Below, one piece after another: positions 31,698 to 41,098 of a DNA stretch of 64,000 bases. Where the stretch lies: contig OZ255721.1 in the NCBI GenBank assembly GCA_965277285.1, positions 3,040,001-3,104,000 on the forward strand. Reading direction: 5' to 3'. Source of the DNA: Abditibacteriaceae bacterium (GTDB lineage: Bacteria > Armatimonadota > Abditibacteriia > Abditibacteriales > Abditibacteriaceae). Each line of letters begins with the position of its first letter. The first letter of the stretch is position 1. Both the position numbers and the translations under genes were made by a program. The notes beneath the pieces are model-generated. The model was not told the origin of the DNA, searched no databases, and was given only the letters and a program-made list of their open reading frames with translations.

Positions 31698-31770
31698 AGT
31701 TTGGTCATTCTGAGTGTAACGAAGAATCTAACTACAATTAGATTCTTCGCTGCGCTCAGAATGACAAACT
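31698..31770. repeat. REP-like hairpin family A, upstream of the GIY-YIG gene
   Basis: Same arms. Confidence 0.85.
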
Positions 31771-31790
31771 GATAGTTACATACAGAGATA

Positions 31791-32075
31791 ATGGTGCCAA
31801 AAACATATTACGTTTACATCATGTCGAATTATTCACATCGGCTTTATATTGGAATGACGAACGATTTGGCACGGCGCGTTTATGAACATAAGAACAAGCT
31901 GGTTAGTGGTTTCAGTAGTCGCTACGATTTAACGCATTTGGTTTATTACGAAGTTTTCGGAACGTCGTTGGAAGCTATTGCGAGAGAAAAGCAGTTGAAA
32001 GGTTGGCTGCGTTCAAAGAAAATCGAGTTAATCGAAAGTAGTAATCCGGTTTGGGAAGATTTAAGTTGTGGTTGA
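31791..32075 (+). CDS. Stand-alone GIY-YIG nuclease family protein
   Basis: YYVYIM...LYIGMTNDLARRVYEHK, AIAREKQLKGW; AT-rich. Confidence 0.9.
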   Translation: MVPKTYYVYIMSNYSHRLYIGMTNDLARRVYEHKNKLVSGFSSRYDLTHLVYYEVFGTSLEAIAREKQLKGWLRSKKIELIESSNPVWEDLSCG

Positions 32076-32081
32076 GACTAC

Positions 32082-32155
32082 CAGTTTGTCATTCTGAGGG
32101 CAGCGAAGAATCTAACTGTAGCCAGATTCTTCGCCGCGCTCAGAATGACAAACTG
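32082..32155. repeat. REP-like hairpin family A, downstream of the GIY-YIG gene
   Basis: Same arms. Confidence 0.85.
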
Positions 32156-32269
32156 AAAGTGTGATACTCGAGTATCGAGTACTCGATACTCGTAAAAATA
32201 AGCTGTAAATATTATTAAAAAGCCGTAAAAAATGAGAGTTCTGAAGAACTGTCGAAAGGAAAGTATTTT

Positions 32270-33934
32270 ATGAGTCGAAGTGAAATTAAAGTCATCCCGT
32301 TGGGTGGCTGCTGCGAGATCGGCAAGAACATGATGCTGTATGAATACGATGACAAAATCCTCATCGTCGATTGCGGCGTGATGTTTCCCGATGAAGACCT
32401 GCCGGGCGTTGACTTGATCATCCCCGATTTTACCTACCTGCGCGACAACCGCGAGCGCATCGCCGGTTTGTGCATCACGCATGGACACGAAGACCACGTC
32501 GGCGCGATGGCGTATTTCTTAGCCGACTTCCCCGAAGTGCCGATTTATGGCGGCAAGCTGGCTTTGGGAATTATGAAAGGCCGCCTGCGCGAGCATCCGA
32601 TTGATGCCAACAGTCTGAAAACGCACGAAGCAAACCCGGGCGACACGGTGCAAATCGGGCCGTTCAAAGTCGAGTTTATTCGCGTCGGGCACTCGATTCC
32701 CGATGCGTGCGGTTTGGCAATCACAACCGATCTGGGAACTATCATTCAGAGCGGCGATTTCAAGTTCGATCAGACGCCGGTCGATGGCAAAACGCCGCAG
32801 TTCGCGCGCTTTGCGCAATATGGCGAAGAAGGCGTGCTGGCGCTTTTGAGCGACACGACGAACGCCGGACGCGCCGGTTTGACGGGCAGCGAATCGAGCG
32901 TTCGTCCCGGCTTGGAGCGCATTTTCGCGGACGCGCCGGGTCGCATTTTCGTGGCGACGTTCGCCTCGAACGTGCATCGCGTGCAGCAGATTTTAGACAT
33001 CGCGGCGCTTTATGGTCGTCGCGTCGCATTAACTGGACGTTCAATGCTGACGATTTGCGGCATCGCGCAGGAATTGGGTTATCTCAAGCCGCCGCAGCCT
33101 TTGCTCAATATCGAAGACATCGACAATCATGGCGACAGCGAAATCTGCATCCTGATGACGGGCGCGCAAGGCGAACCGATGGCGGCTTTGTCGAAGATGG
33201 CGCGCGGACAAAACCGCTTTGTCGAGATGCAGGAAAACGATACGGTCGTGCTTTCGAGTACTCCAATTCCTGGTAATGAAGGCGCGGTTTTCAAAGTCAT
33301 CAACGCGTTGTGTTTGAATGGTGCGCATGTTTATCGCGCGCCCAATCATGCGGTTCATGTTTCGGGTCATGGCAATCAGGAAGATTTGCGCCTGATGCTG
33401 AACCTGACGCGCCCCAAATATCCGATTCCCTATCACGGCGAACCGCGCCACGCATTGGCGTATGCCGATTTGTGCTCGGAAGTCGGCTACGAACGCGAAA
33501 ATATCCCGTTCATGCAAGTCGGCGACGTGCTAAGCGTGACGCCCGATAGTTGCGAAATCACCGGACAAGTTCCTGCGGGAAGTGTCTTGGTCGACGGCTT
33601 AACGGTCGGCGATGTCGGCGGCGCCGTGCTGCGCGATCGTCGTCATCTGGCGGATGACGGCGTTGTGGTCGCAACCGTGATTATGGACAAGCACACGGGC
33701 GCGATTTTAACTGGCCCCGATTTGACGCAACGCGGCTTTTTGCATCAGCCGAACAGCGAAGAATTTATGGCGCAGGCGACATTGCGCGTCAAGAACCGCT
33801 TGGAATCGCTGAACCACGCGCCGATGGCGGACGAACAGGGCGTTGCACGTCTTATTCGTGAATCGCTGTCCGACTTCATTTCGAGCAGCGTGCGCCGCAA
33901 ACCGATGATCTTGCCGGTCGTGATGCAGGTTTAA
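32270..33934 (+). CDS. rnj: Ribonuclease J
   Basis: EIGKNM, THGHEDH, HSIPD, FASNVHR, HVSGH. Confidence 0.95.
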   Translation: MSRSEIKVIPLGGCCEIGKNMMLYEYDDKILIVDCGVMFPDEDLPGVDLIIPDFTYLRDNRERIAGLCITHGHEDHVGAMAYFLADFPEVPIYGGKLALGIMKGRLREHPIDANSLKTHEANPGDTVQIGPFKVEFIRVGHSIPDACGLAITTDLGTIIQSGDFKFDQTPVDGKTPQFARFAQYGEEGVLALLSDTTNAGRAGLTGSESSVRPGLERIFADAPGRIFVATFASNVHRVQQILDIAALYGRRVALTGRSMLTICGIAQELGYLKPPQPLLNIEDIDNHGDSEICILMTGAQGEPMAALSKMARGQNRFVEMQENDTVVLSSTPIPGNEGAVFKVINALCLNGAHVYRAPNHAVHVSGHGNQEDLRLMLNLTRPKYPIPYHGEPRHALAYADLCSEVGYERENIPFMQVGDVLSVTPDSCEITGQVPAGSVLVDGLTVGDVGGAVLRDRRHLADDGVVVATVIMDKHTGAILTGPDLTQRGFLHQPNSEEFMAQATLRVKNRLESLNHAPMADEQGVARLIRESLSDFISSSVRRKPMILPVVMQV

Positions 33935-33975
33935 TTGAAGACGCCAAGAACGCCAAGAAAAGAAGGAAAAAGAAT

Positions 33976-34066
33976 CAGTGTAAAAGTCTGTCATTCTGAG
34001 CGCAGCGAAGAATCTGGCCTACAGTTAGATTCTTCGCTGCGCTCAGAATGACAGACTTTTACACTG
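33976..34066. repeat. REP-like hairpin family A with extended arms
   Basis: CAGTGTAAAAGTCTGTCATTCTGAG...CTCAGAATGACAGACTTTTACACTG. Confidence 0.85.
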
Positions 34067-34082
34067 GTGTCCTTTGCTGCGG

Positions 34083-34985
34083 TTATTTTTCGCGGAAGTG
34101 TTTCAGTGCGTGTGGCAATCGTTCTAAGAAATCGGTCGCCATCAGGCCGTCGTCGCCTTGAACTTTGGCCGCCAATTCTCCGGCTTTGGCGTGCAGATGA
34201 ACGCCCCAAACGGCGGCGCGTGGTGCGTCCATCTTTTGCGCCAATAAACTTCCGATAACGCCTGAAAGAACGTCGCCGCTGCCCGCGGTGCCCATGCCGC
34301 GCGTTCCCGCCGTGTTGATGAACAGCTTTTTATCAGGCGACGCGATCAAAGTTGCGCGGTCTTTGAGAATCAGCGTAACTTTGTTTTCATGGGCGAAATT
34401 GTGCGCGATTTCTTCACGGCGCGCCTCGATTTCCGTCGCTTCGATTCCCAGCAACGCGCTCATTTCTCCTGGATGCGGCGTCAATATGCGTTCGAGTACT
34501 CGATTGTTTTCCGTGCCATAATCGCGCTTGTTTTCAGGCGATTTGCTCAATGCAACAAGGGCTTGCGCGTCGATTAAAAGCGGCAACGGGCAAGCTGAAA
34601 TCACTTTCAGGCACAACGCGTTGGTTTCATCGTTGGCGTCCAATCCTGGCCCGACAACTGCCGCGTCGCACGACTGGTATTGTTCTTCCAAAATCTTCAA
34701 TGACTGGAGCGAAACCGTTCCGTCAGTCGTTTCAGTCAAAGGAATCATCATCAGTTCGGGAACGGCGACGCCGATTTGCGTGCAAATGCTTTCTGGTGCA
34801 GCGACGCGAACGGTTCCACAGCCGGAGCGCAAGGCGGCTTTGGCGGATAAAATCGCCGGGCCGGGCAAGCGGCGCGAACCGGCGATGATCAACAATTTGC
34901 CGTAATCGGCTTTTGATGCATCATTCGAGTACTCGATGAGCGGCATTTTCTTCAATAAATGGGGATTGATAAGTTTCGGTTTCAT
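34083..34985 (-). CDS. nnrD: ADP-dependent NAD(P)H-hydrate dehydratase
   Basis: ALRSGCG, GPGL, LTPHPGEM, TAGSGDVLSG. Confidence 0.85.
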   Translation of the reverse strand: MKPKLINPHLLKKMPLIEYSNDASKADYGKLLIIAGSRRLPGPAILSAKAALRSGCGTVRVAAPESICTQIGVAVPELMMIPLTETTDGTVSLQSLKILEEQYQSCDAAVVGPGLDANDETNALCLKVISACPLPLLIDAQALVALSKSPENKRDYGTENNRVLERILTPHPGEMSALLGIEATEIEARREEIAHNFAHENKVTLILKDRATLIASPDKKLFINTAGTRGMGTAGSGDVLSGVIGSLLAQKMDAPRAAVWGVHLHAKAGELAAKVQGDDGLMATDFLERLPHALKHFREK

Positions 34986-35065
34986 GCTGTTGAATGCAGC
35001 GAAAAGTGCGCCAACTTTGATAAAGTAAAAACGATTCCACACCAAGCACAACACAAAGGAAAATA

Positions 35066-36055
35066 ATGGTAACGACAGCGATTGTAGGCGTGGCGCATAT
35101 TCACACGCCGGGTTTTGTCAGGATGTTGAAGGGCCGCGACGACGTGCGCGTTAAAGCGGTTTACAACGACGATATTGAGCGCGGCGAGAAGACCGCGCAG
35201 GAAGTCGGCGCGACGTTCACGACCGATCTCGACACGATTTTGAATGACAAAGAAATTACGTCCGTCATCATTTGCAGCGAAACCGTGCGCCACGTCGAAC
35301 TGGTGGAAAAGTGCGCCGCGGCGGGCAAAGATTTGTTCGTCGAAAAGCCTTTGGCAACAACGGTTGAAGACACGGCGCGCATTCGGGCGGCGGTTGAAAA
35401 AGCGGGCGTTCAGTTTCAAACTGGCTTTTTTATGCGCTCCAGCGGCGCCATTCAATTTGCCAAAGCCGAAGTCGCAGCCGGACATCTGGGCAAAATCACG
35501 CGCATGCGTCACACCAATGCGCACGAGGCCGCGATTGGTGGCTGGTTTCATCCCGATTGGGAATGGATTCCCAACAAAGAATTGTCGGGCGGCGGCGGTT
35601 TCGCTGACCTGGGCGCGCACTCGCTCGACATCATTTTGATGATTCTGCGTCCGGTTTGCGGTGGTGTCAAGAAAGTCGCGGCGAGTCTGGGCAGCGGTTT
35701 CGTGCGCTACAAAGATATTGACGAATTCGGCGCTGGACTGATTACTTTTGAGTCGGACGCGATTGCGGTTGTCGAAGCCAGTTGGATCGATCCGAAGTTG
35801 CATTCTCCGGTCGAAATCAATGGCACGGAAGGTCAGATTCGCATCGAAGGCAGCAAAGTCTTTTATTATTCCAAGCACGTCGAAGGCGCCGATGGCAGCG
35901 AAGTGACCAAATTGCCGGAAAACGCGCCGCACGCTTTTCAATTGTTCTTCGACAAACTGAACGGCAAAGAAATCGCGGTTCCGCTGGTGACAATCGAAGA
36001 AGCGGCGGAAGAATCGCGCGTCATGGCCGAAATGTATAAAGCCGCTGGCGCATAA
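35066..36055 (+). CDS. Gfo/Idh/MocA family oxidoreductase
   Basis: VEKPLA, GGGGFADLGAH. Confidence 0.88.
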   Translation: MVTTAIVGVAHIHTPGFVRMLKGRDDVRVKAVYNDDIERGEKTAQEVGATFTTDLDTILNDKEITSVIICSETVRHVELVEKCAAAGKDLFVEKPLATTVEDTARIRAAVEKAGVQFQTGFFMRSSGAIQFAKAEVAAGHLGKITRMRHTNAHEAAIGGWFHPDWEWIPNKELSGGGGFADLGAHSLDIILMILRPVCGGVKKVAASLGSGFVRYKDIDEFGAGLITFESDAIAVVEASWIDPKLHSPVEINGTEGQIRIEGSKVFYYSKHVEGADGSEVTKLPENAPHAFQLFFDKLNGKEIAVPLVTIEEAAEESRVMAEMYKAAGA

Positions 36056-36072
36056 ACAATTACGGTAGATCA

Positions 36073-36108
36073 AAAGCGCCCATTTCGAGTACTCGAAATG
36101 GGCGCTTT
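36073..36108. terminator. 36-bp perfect palindrome centred on TCGAGTACTCGA; probable terminator between convergent genes
   Basis: AAAGCGCCCATTTCGAGT|ACTCGAAATGGGCGCTTT. Confidence 0.65.
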
Positions 36109-36171
36109 CTCATTTGAACAGCTTTGATATAGCAGTTAGACGATTGAACGCTACACACTTGAGCAACCCTT

Positions 36172-36242
36172 GTAGGGACGCAGATTTCTGCGTCCGCTGT
36201 GTGCAAGTTTGAATTAGCGGACGCAGAAATCTGCGTCCCTAC
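36172..36242. repeat. GTAG-tagged REP doublet
   Basis: GTAGGGACGCAGATTTCTGCGTCCGCT...AGCGGACGCAGAAATCTGCGTCCCTAC. Confidence 0.85.
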
Positions 36243-36249
36243 TGACACA

Positions 36250-36939
36250 TTAAATGAGCGACTCGCCGATTTCTTGCGCCGCGCCCGCCGGATCATCGGC
36301 GGCTGTAATCGGGCGCCCGATGACGAGATAATTGGCGCCCAAATCAACGGCTTCGCGCGGCGTCATCACACGTTTTTGATCGCCCAATTCCGCCGTCGCG
36401 GGACGAATGCCAGGCGTGACAAGAAGAAAATCCGCGCCGCATTCTTCGCGCACTGCAACGATTTCCTGCGGTGAACAGACGACGCCGTCCAAACCGGCTT
36501 CCTGAGCCAATCGCGCCAAACGTCGCACAACGCTTTGCGGCTCTTCATCCAAACCCAATCTCGCCAGACTTTCTCGGTCGTGCGAAGTCAAAACCGTGAC
36601 GCCGATCAATCGAGTACTCGAATTGACGCTTTTTATGGCGTCGTTGGCGGCGCGCATCATTTCCAATCCGCCCAAACAATGCACGGTGGTAATGTCAACG
36701 CCCATTTTTGCGATCACGCGCATCGCGCTCGCGACAGTGTTTGGAATGTCGTGCAATTTCAAATCGAGGAAAACGTTGTGTGTGCCAATTTCTTCGACGA
36801 TAGATTTTCCTTCCGAAAGATAAAGTTCCAGCCCGATTTTGAAACCGCCAACGTGCGGACGCAATTGTTCGGCGAGCGCAAGCGCCGAAGTTTTATCGGG
36901 CACATCGAGCGCGACGAAAATAGGATTTTGTGAAGACAT
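36250..36939 (-). CDS. pyrF: Orotidine-5'-phosphate decarboxylase
   Basis: VALD, DLKLHDIPNT, VTVLTS, TPGIR, VIGRPI. Confidence 0.95.
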   Translation of the reverse strand: MSSQNPIFVALDVPDKTSALALAEQLRPHVGGFKIGLELYLSEGKSIVEEIGTHNVFLDLKLHDIPNTVASAMRVIAKMGVDITTVHCLGGLEMMRAANDAIKSVNSSTRLIGVTVLTSHDRESLARLGLDEEPQSVVRRLARLAQEAGLDGVVCSPQEIVAVREECGADFLLVTPGIRPATAELGDQKRVMTPREAVDLGANYLVIGRPITAADDPAGAAQEIGESLI

Positions 36940-36967
36940 TGATAGGATTTTAGCAAACATTCATCTG

Positions 36968-37570
36968 TTACCCGATTTTCTGTTTCTCCTTTGTGATCGT
37001 AAAGATGATCGGGTTGCTTATCAGGGAACAACTCTCGCTGTTTAAGACACGCTTCATTTCTTTGGCATCGTGCGGGCCGAGCGAACTGTTGCTCCAGATC
37101 ATTCTGGGACGATTGGTATAGGAAAATAAGACTTTGTATCGACCTGGTTGAGACAATGTGGGAAAGCCAATCCACTCGCGCGCCAACTTTCTGGTTTTAC
37201 CTGGCGCGATAGTGAAAACCTCGCCACTACTTAACGGATTATAGTTGCCGCAACGAGGCACGCCTTCTGGGACAAAGGACTCGAATTGCTCTGAATGCGT
37301 ATTCAGCTTGAAAATGATCCAACGAACAAGAGGCGTTCGCATACCAATGTCACTGCCGTCGCCCGCTTGCACCAATGTTGCTGGTTGCTTGCCTTGGTTT
37401 TTCACGGATATACAAATAACAGGATATTCTTTGGCGCGTAGAACCGTTTTTGCTGCTGAAATTTGAATGAGAAGTTCTGGCTTCTGGGGCTTGGTAGGCA
37501 CCACTGCAAAAGAACGCCCTACAGCTAAGGATATCCAAGCTGTCAAGGTGCAAAGCGTTTTGATATTCAT
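36968..37570 (-). CDS. Hypothetical secreted protein
   Basis: Signal-peptide-like N-terminus; AT-richer. Confidence 0.6.
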   Translation of the reverse strand: MNIKTLCTLTAWISLAVGRSFAVVPTKPQKPELLIQISAAKTVLRAKEYPVICISVKNQGKQPATLVQAGDGSDIGMRTPLVRWIIFKLNTHSEQFESFVPEGVPRCGNYNPLSSGEVFTIAPGKTRKLAREWIGFPTLSQPGRYKVLFSYTNRPRMIWSNSSLGPHDAKEMKRVLNSESCSLISNPIIFTITKEKQKIG

Positions 37571-37641
37571 ATTCCGATTATATCGAGTACTCGATTGGTC
37601 TTAACGACAACATCTGGCTGTCAAGTTAAACTGGCGGAATT

Positions 37642-39066
37642 ATGGAAGATTATCCCGAAAGTCTGACAACGCGTAAAAGTGTTTCAACACTCGAAAAAGC
37701 TCTTGTTATCAATTTGCAGTCGCGCAAATATGGCGCGTTCGCGGAAATCGGCGCCGGTCAGGAAGTGGTGCGCTGGTTTTTTCAGGCCGGCGGCGCCAGT
37801 CAAACCATCGCTAAAAGCATTTCAGCGTATGACATGACGGTCAGCGACGCGATTTATGGCACGTCTGACCGCTATGTTTCGCGTGGTCGCCTGGCCAAAA
37901 TGCTGGAATACGAATATGCGCTGGAACTGGAGCGTTTGGGCGCCAAGCGCGGCGAAGACACCGAGTTTTTCGTGTTCGCCGATACGGTCGCGGCGCGCAA
38001 TTTCAAGGGCACCAACGAATGTCACGGCTGGATGGGCGTGCGTTTTCAAACTCATCCGCGCAGCGAACCGAACCAGATCGTGATGCACGTCCGAATGTTG
38101 GATGAGCGCAACATTGAGCAGCAGGAAGCGCTGGGAATCGTCGGCATCAACCTGATTCATAGCGCGTTTTTCCTTTATCCTTCGCCCGAAGCGATCATGG
38201 AATCGCTGCTCGATAACCTGACCACGCGCCGCATCGACGTGGACATGATTCATTTTTCGGGGCCGGTTTTCGCCGATGTCGATCATCGCTTGATGAGCTT
38301 GAAACTGGTGCAACTGGGCTTGAGCGATACGGCGATGTTCGATCCCAACGGCCAAGTTTTGCAGCCTTCGGAAGTGTTATACAAGCGCCCGATTTTGGTC
38401 GAGCGCGGCAGTTTTCGACCTGTCACGCGCGTCAACATGGATATGCTGGCGAGCGCGCGCGAGCAGTTCGCGCAAGACCCCGAAGTCGAAGAAGACAAAA
38501 TTGTGACGCTGATGGAAATCACGATGCGCAACTTGTTGCAAAGCGGCGAAATCGACATCGCCGACTTTCTGGCGCGCGCCGACATCATGGCCGCAACCGG
38601 CGCAACGGTGATGATTTCCAATTACTTCGAGTACTATCGTTTGGCAGCGTATCTTCAGCGTTATACATCGCAGCCGATTGGTTTGGCGATGGGCATTCCC
38701 AGCCTGCGCGATTTGTTCGATGAAAAGTATTACGAAACGCTCGAAGGCGGCATTTTGGAATCGTTCGGGCGCTTGTTCAAGAAAGATTTGAAATTGTATA
38801 TTTATCCCGAAAAGAACGAGCAAACCGGCGGCTTGATCACGGTTCCCAAGATGAAAGTCGCGCCGCATCTGCAAAATCTTTATAACCACCTGGTCGAAAA
38901 CGAATACATTCAGGCGCTGGACTTTTTCGACCGCAAGTATCTGCATATCTTTTCGCGCGATGTGCTTAATCGCATCGCCAACCGCGACAGTTCGTGGGAA
39001 GAAATGGTGCCGCCCGAAGTCGCCAAAATCATCAAAGAACGCGGCTATTTCGGCTATCAGGCGTAA
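37642..39066 (+). CDS. Conserved protein with nucleotidyltransferase-like C-terminal region
   Basis: FAEIGAGQEVVRWFF, ERGSFRPVT, WEEMVP; function uncertain. Confidence 0.6.
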   Translation: MEDYPESLTTRKSVSTLEKALVINLQSRKYGAFAEIGAGQEVVRWFFQAGGASQTIAKSISAYDMTVSDAIYGTSDRYVSRGRLAKMLEYEYALELERLGAKRGEDTEFFVFADTVAARNFKGTNECHGWMGVRFQTHPRSEPNQIVMHVRMLDERNIEQQEALGIVGINLIHSAFFLYPSPEAIMESLLDNLTTRRIDVDMIHFSGPVFADVDHRLMSLKLVQLGLSDTAMFDPNGQVLQPSEVLYKRPILVERGSFRPVTRVNMDMLASAREQFAQDPEVEEDKIVTLMEITMRNLLQSGEIDIADFLARADIMAATGATVMISNYFEYYRLAAYLQRYTSQPIGLAMGIPSLRDLFDEKYYETLEGGILESFGRLFKKDLKLYIYPEKNEQTGGLITVPKMKVAPHLQNLYNHLVENEYIQALDFFDRKYLHIFSRDVLNRIANRDSSWEEMVPPEVAKIIKERGYFGYQA

Positions 39067-39091
39067 AGTTTCAAAGGCAAAACTTCAAAGG

Positions 39092-39128
39092 CAAAACGGC
39101 GGCTGCGAAGATTGCAGCCGCCGTTTTG
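39092..39128. terminator. Bidirectional intrinsic terminator
   Basis: CAAAACGGCGGCTGC-loop-GCAGCCGCCGTTTTG between convergent genes. Confidence 0.7.
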
Positions 39129-39163
39129 GTCTTCAGCATCGAGTACTCGATGGGTGTGAGAAC

Positions 39164-39931
39164 TCAAGGGTTCTGCATCTTTTGCATTTCTTTTTCAAAT
39201 TGTTGCATGGTCTCCACTTTGTAGCCTGCGGGAACGCGGAACAAAGACGGTGACGGCTTGAAGTTGGTGTCCAATTGCGTGGCGATTGATGTTGTCTTTG
39301 AAATGTACGATTTGCCACCGGCTTTCATGGTTGTCGTCGATTCCATGCGCAGCGGCAGATTCTTCCAAACCCACACTTTGTTGTGTGTGATGGAAGCGCG
39401 ACTGTTCGAGTCGACAGCGCGAATTTCGCACGGCTTGCCCAAAATGGTGCTGTGTCCGATCACGCGACTTTGATTTGAAGGGGTCAATCGAGTGCCCATC
39501 TCCATCAAGCGCTTGAAGTAATCGCGCGGCAGCATCGTCCTGAGCACGACTTTGCGGCCCGCAGGCTGGCTCAGCATTTCGCCCGTCATCGCCGTGTAAA
39601 GCGCTTTGCCATCGGTGAACGTCCACGAATTCGTATTGACATCTTGTCCGCTCAGGCCGCCGCTGAGGTGACCTTGCAAATCTTGGCGAAAAAGTTCGCC
39701 GCCGTTTGCCCACGTCCAAGTCATATTGCTGCTCATCGATCCCATGCCGCTTGATGTCATGTGATATTTAATTCTTGCGCTGGGGAAAGGCAGGCGCATG
39801 ATGGATCCAGGCACGGCGGCAACCGGAGTTGCGGCAACCGGTGAGGGTTTGACGGCGAAAGATGCGACCGCCAGAAATGCCAGGGCGCGGCTCGCGGTGC
39901 GACTGGCGAATGGACGACAATTAAAACTCAT
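39164..39931 (-). CDS. Secreted hypothetical protein (DUF4412-like); paralog of the next gene
   Basis: ATG after AGGAG; ILGKPC, KVWVWKNLPLR, PSPSLFRVPAGY. Confidence 0.7.
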   Translation of the reverse strand: MSFNCRPFASRTASRALAFLAVASFAVKPSPVAATPVAAVPGSIMRLPFPSARIKYHMTSSGMGSMSSNMTWTWANGGELFRQDLQGHLSGGLSGQDVNTNSWTFTDGKALYTAMTGEMLSQPAGRKVVLRTMLPRDYFKRLMEMGTRLTPSNQSRVIGHSTILGKPCEIRAVDSNSRASITHNKVWVWKNLPLRMESTTTMKAGGKSYISKTTSIATQLDTNFKPSPSLFRVPAGYKVETMQQFEKEMQKMQNP

Positions 39932-40087
39932 TTTTCTCCTTGCGAATACAGCTTCTGCGCAAGTATAAGGCACGCGATACTTGCACAGAACAGCTTGCAA
40001 AACTATTTTGTTCGGTGCACTTGAACGTTGTCGAGAATCCAAGACACAAGCGCCATTCGGCGCTATAAGCGCGGTCGTTGAAGCACA

Positions 40088-40120
40088 AAAGGGCGGCTGC
40101 ACAAATTGCAGCCGCCCTTT
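40088..40120 (-). terminator. Intrinsic terminator similar to the one at 39092
   Basis: AAAGGGCGGCTGCA-loop-TGCAGCCGCCCTTT. Confidence 0.65.
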
Positions 40121-40146
40121 CGAGTACTCGATTGTGATAGTTTTGT

Positions 40147-40908
40147 TCAGCGGCGACGATAGCGTTGCATGGCGGCTTGCATTTGTTTTTGCAAGGCGCT
40201 CATGTTTTGCACCTGATAGCCAGCGGGCAGGCGGAACAACGACGGCGACGGCTGAATGTTCGTATTGAGCTGCGTCGCAGCCATCGTCATGGTGACGTTT
40301 TGTGGCTTGCCTCGCAAGGTCATCATCATCGAGGTTTCGGTGCGCAGCGGCAAGTTTTGCCACATCCACATTTTGACTTGTCCGTGCATTTGCGGATATC
40401 GAATCGGCAGGACGCGAATGGTGCAAGGCTTGCCTAAAACGGTGCCGCGCCCGACGATGCGACCGGCGCCCGCATTTTCGATTCCTGGCACGCGTCCTGT
40501 CGCCATGCGCTCGAGATAATTGACGGGCATCGTCATGCGCATGGCAACCTTGCGGTTTTGCACCTGTCCTGGCATTCCGTTTGGCATCGCCATGTAAAGC
40601 GCTTGACCGTCGAAAATTGTCCACGATTGGATGTTGATAGCGCGCCCGCGAGCGTTCATGTGCATCAGCGAATCCTGGCGAAAACGCGCGCCACCACTTG
40701 CCCATGTCATGGTGATGTCGTTGCTTATCGCCATCTGGCCGCCCATCGTCATGTGATATTTCACCATTCCGCTATTGGTGGGAAAACGTGTCGCAGGCGC
40801 CGCCACGCTCGGCAATGGTTTGGCGGCAACAAGTCCGGTGACCGCGAGAAAGGCAAGAGCACGGGTTATAACCTTACGGCTTGCGATGTGACAATCGGTG
40901 AGTTTCAT
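40147..40908 (-). CDS. Secreted hypothetical protein (DUF4412-like)
   Basis: ATG after AGGAG; VLGKPC, KMWMWQNLPLR, PSPSLFRLPAGY. Confidence 0.7.
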   Translation of the reverse strand: MKLTDCHIASRKVITRALAFLAVTGLVAAKPLPSVAAPATRFPTNSGMVKYHMTMGGQMAISNDITMTWASGGARFRQDSLMHMNARGRAINIQSWTIFDGQALYMAMPNGMPGQVQNRKVAMRMTMPVNYLERMATGRVPGIENAGAGRIVGRGTVLGKPCTIRVLPIRYPQMHGQVKMWMWQNLPLRTETSMMMTLRGKPQNVTMTMAATQLNTNIQPSPSLFRLPAGYQVQNMSALQKQMQAAMQRYRRR

Positions 40909-41098
40909 TCTTCTCCTTGGAAAGGCTGCATTTTCGCGCATCGAGTACTCGATATCGGTAACTCGATGTCGGCAAAAGGCGGCGCATCAATTCTATTTTA
41001 CTTGCTGGCTGCGGCTTGCTGCTTGACGTTGCGATTTTTTAAGCGTGGCCTTGTTCCTGTTAAAATAGGCAACGGTTTTATTTCCTTTGCGGAGCACC

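Noticed and set aside
39932..40705. N-terminal half of the 513-aa ORF 39164-40705
   Set aside because: Overlaps the 40147-40908 gene out of frame and crosses a terminator; the likely start is ATG 39931 with AGGAG
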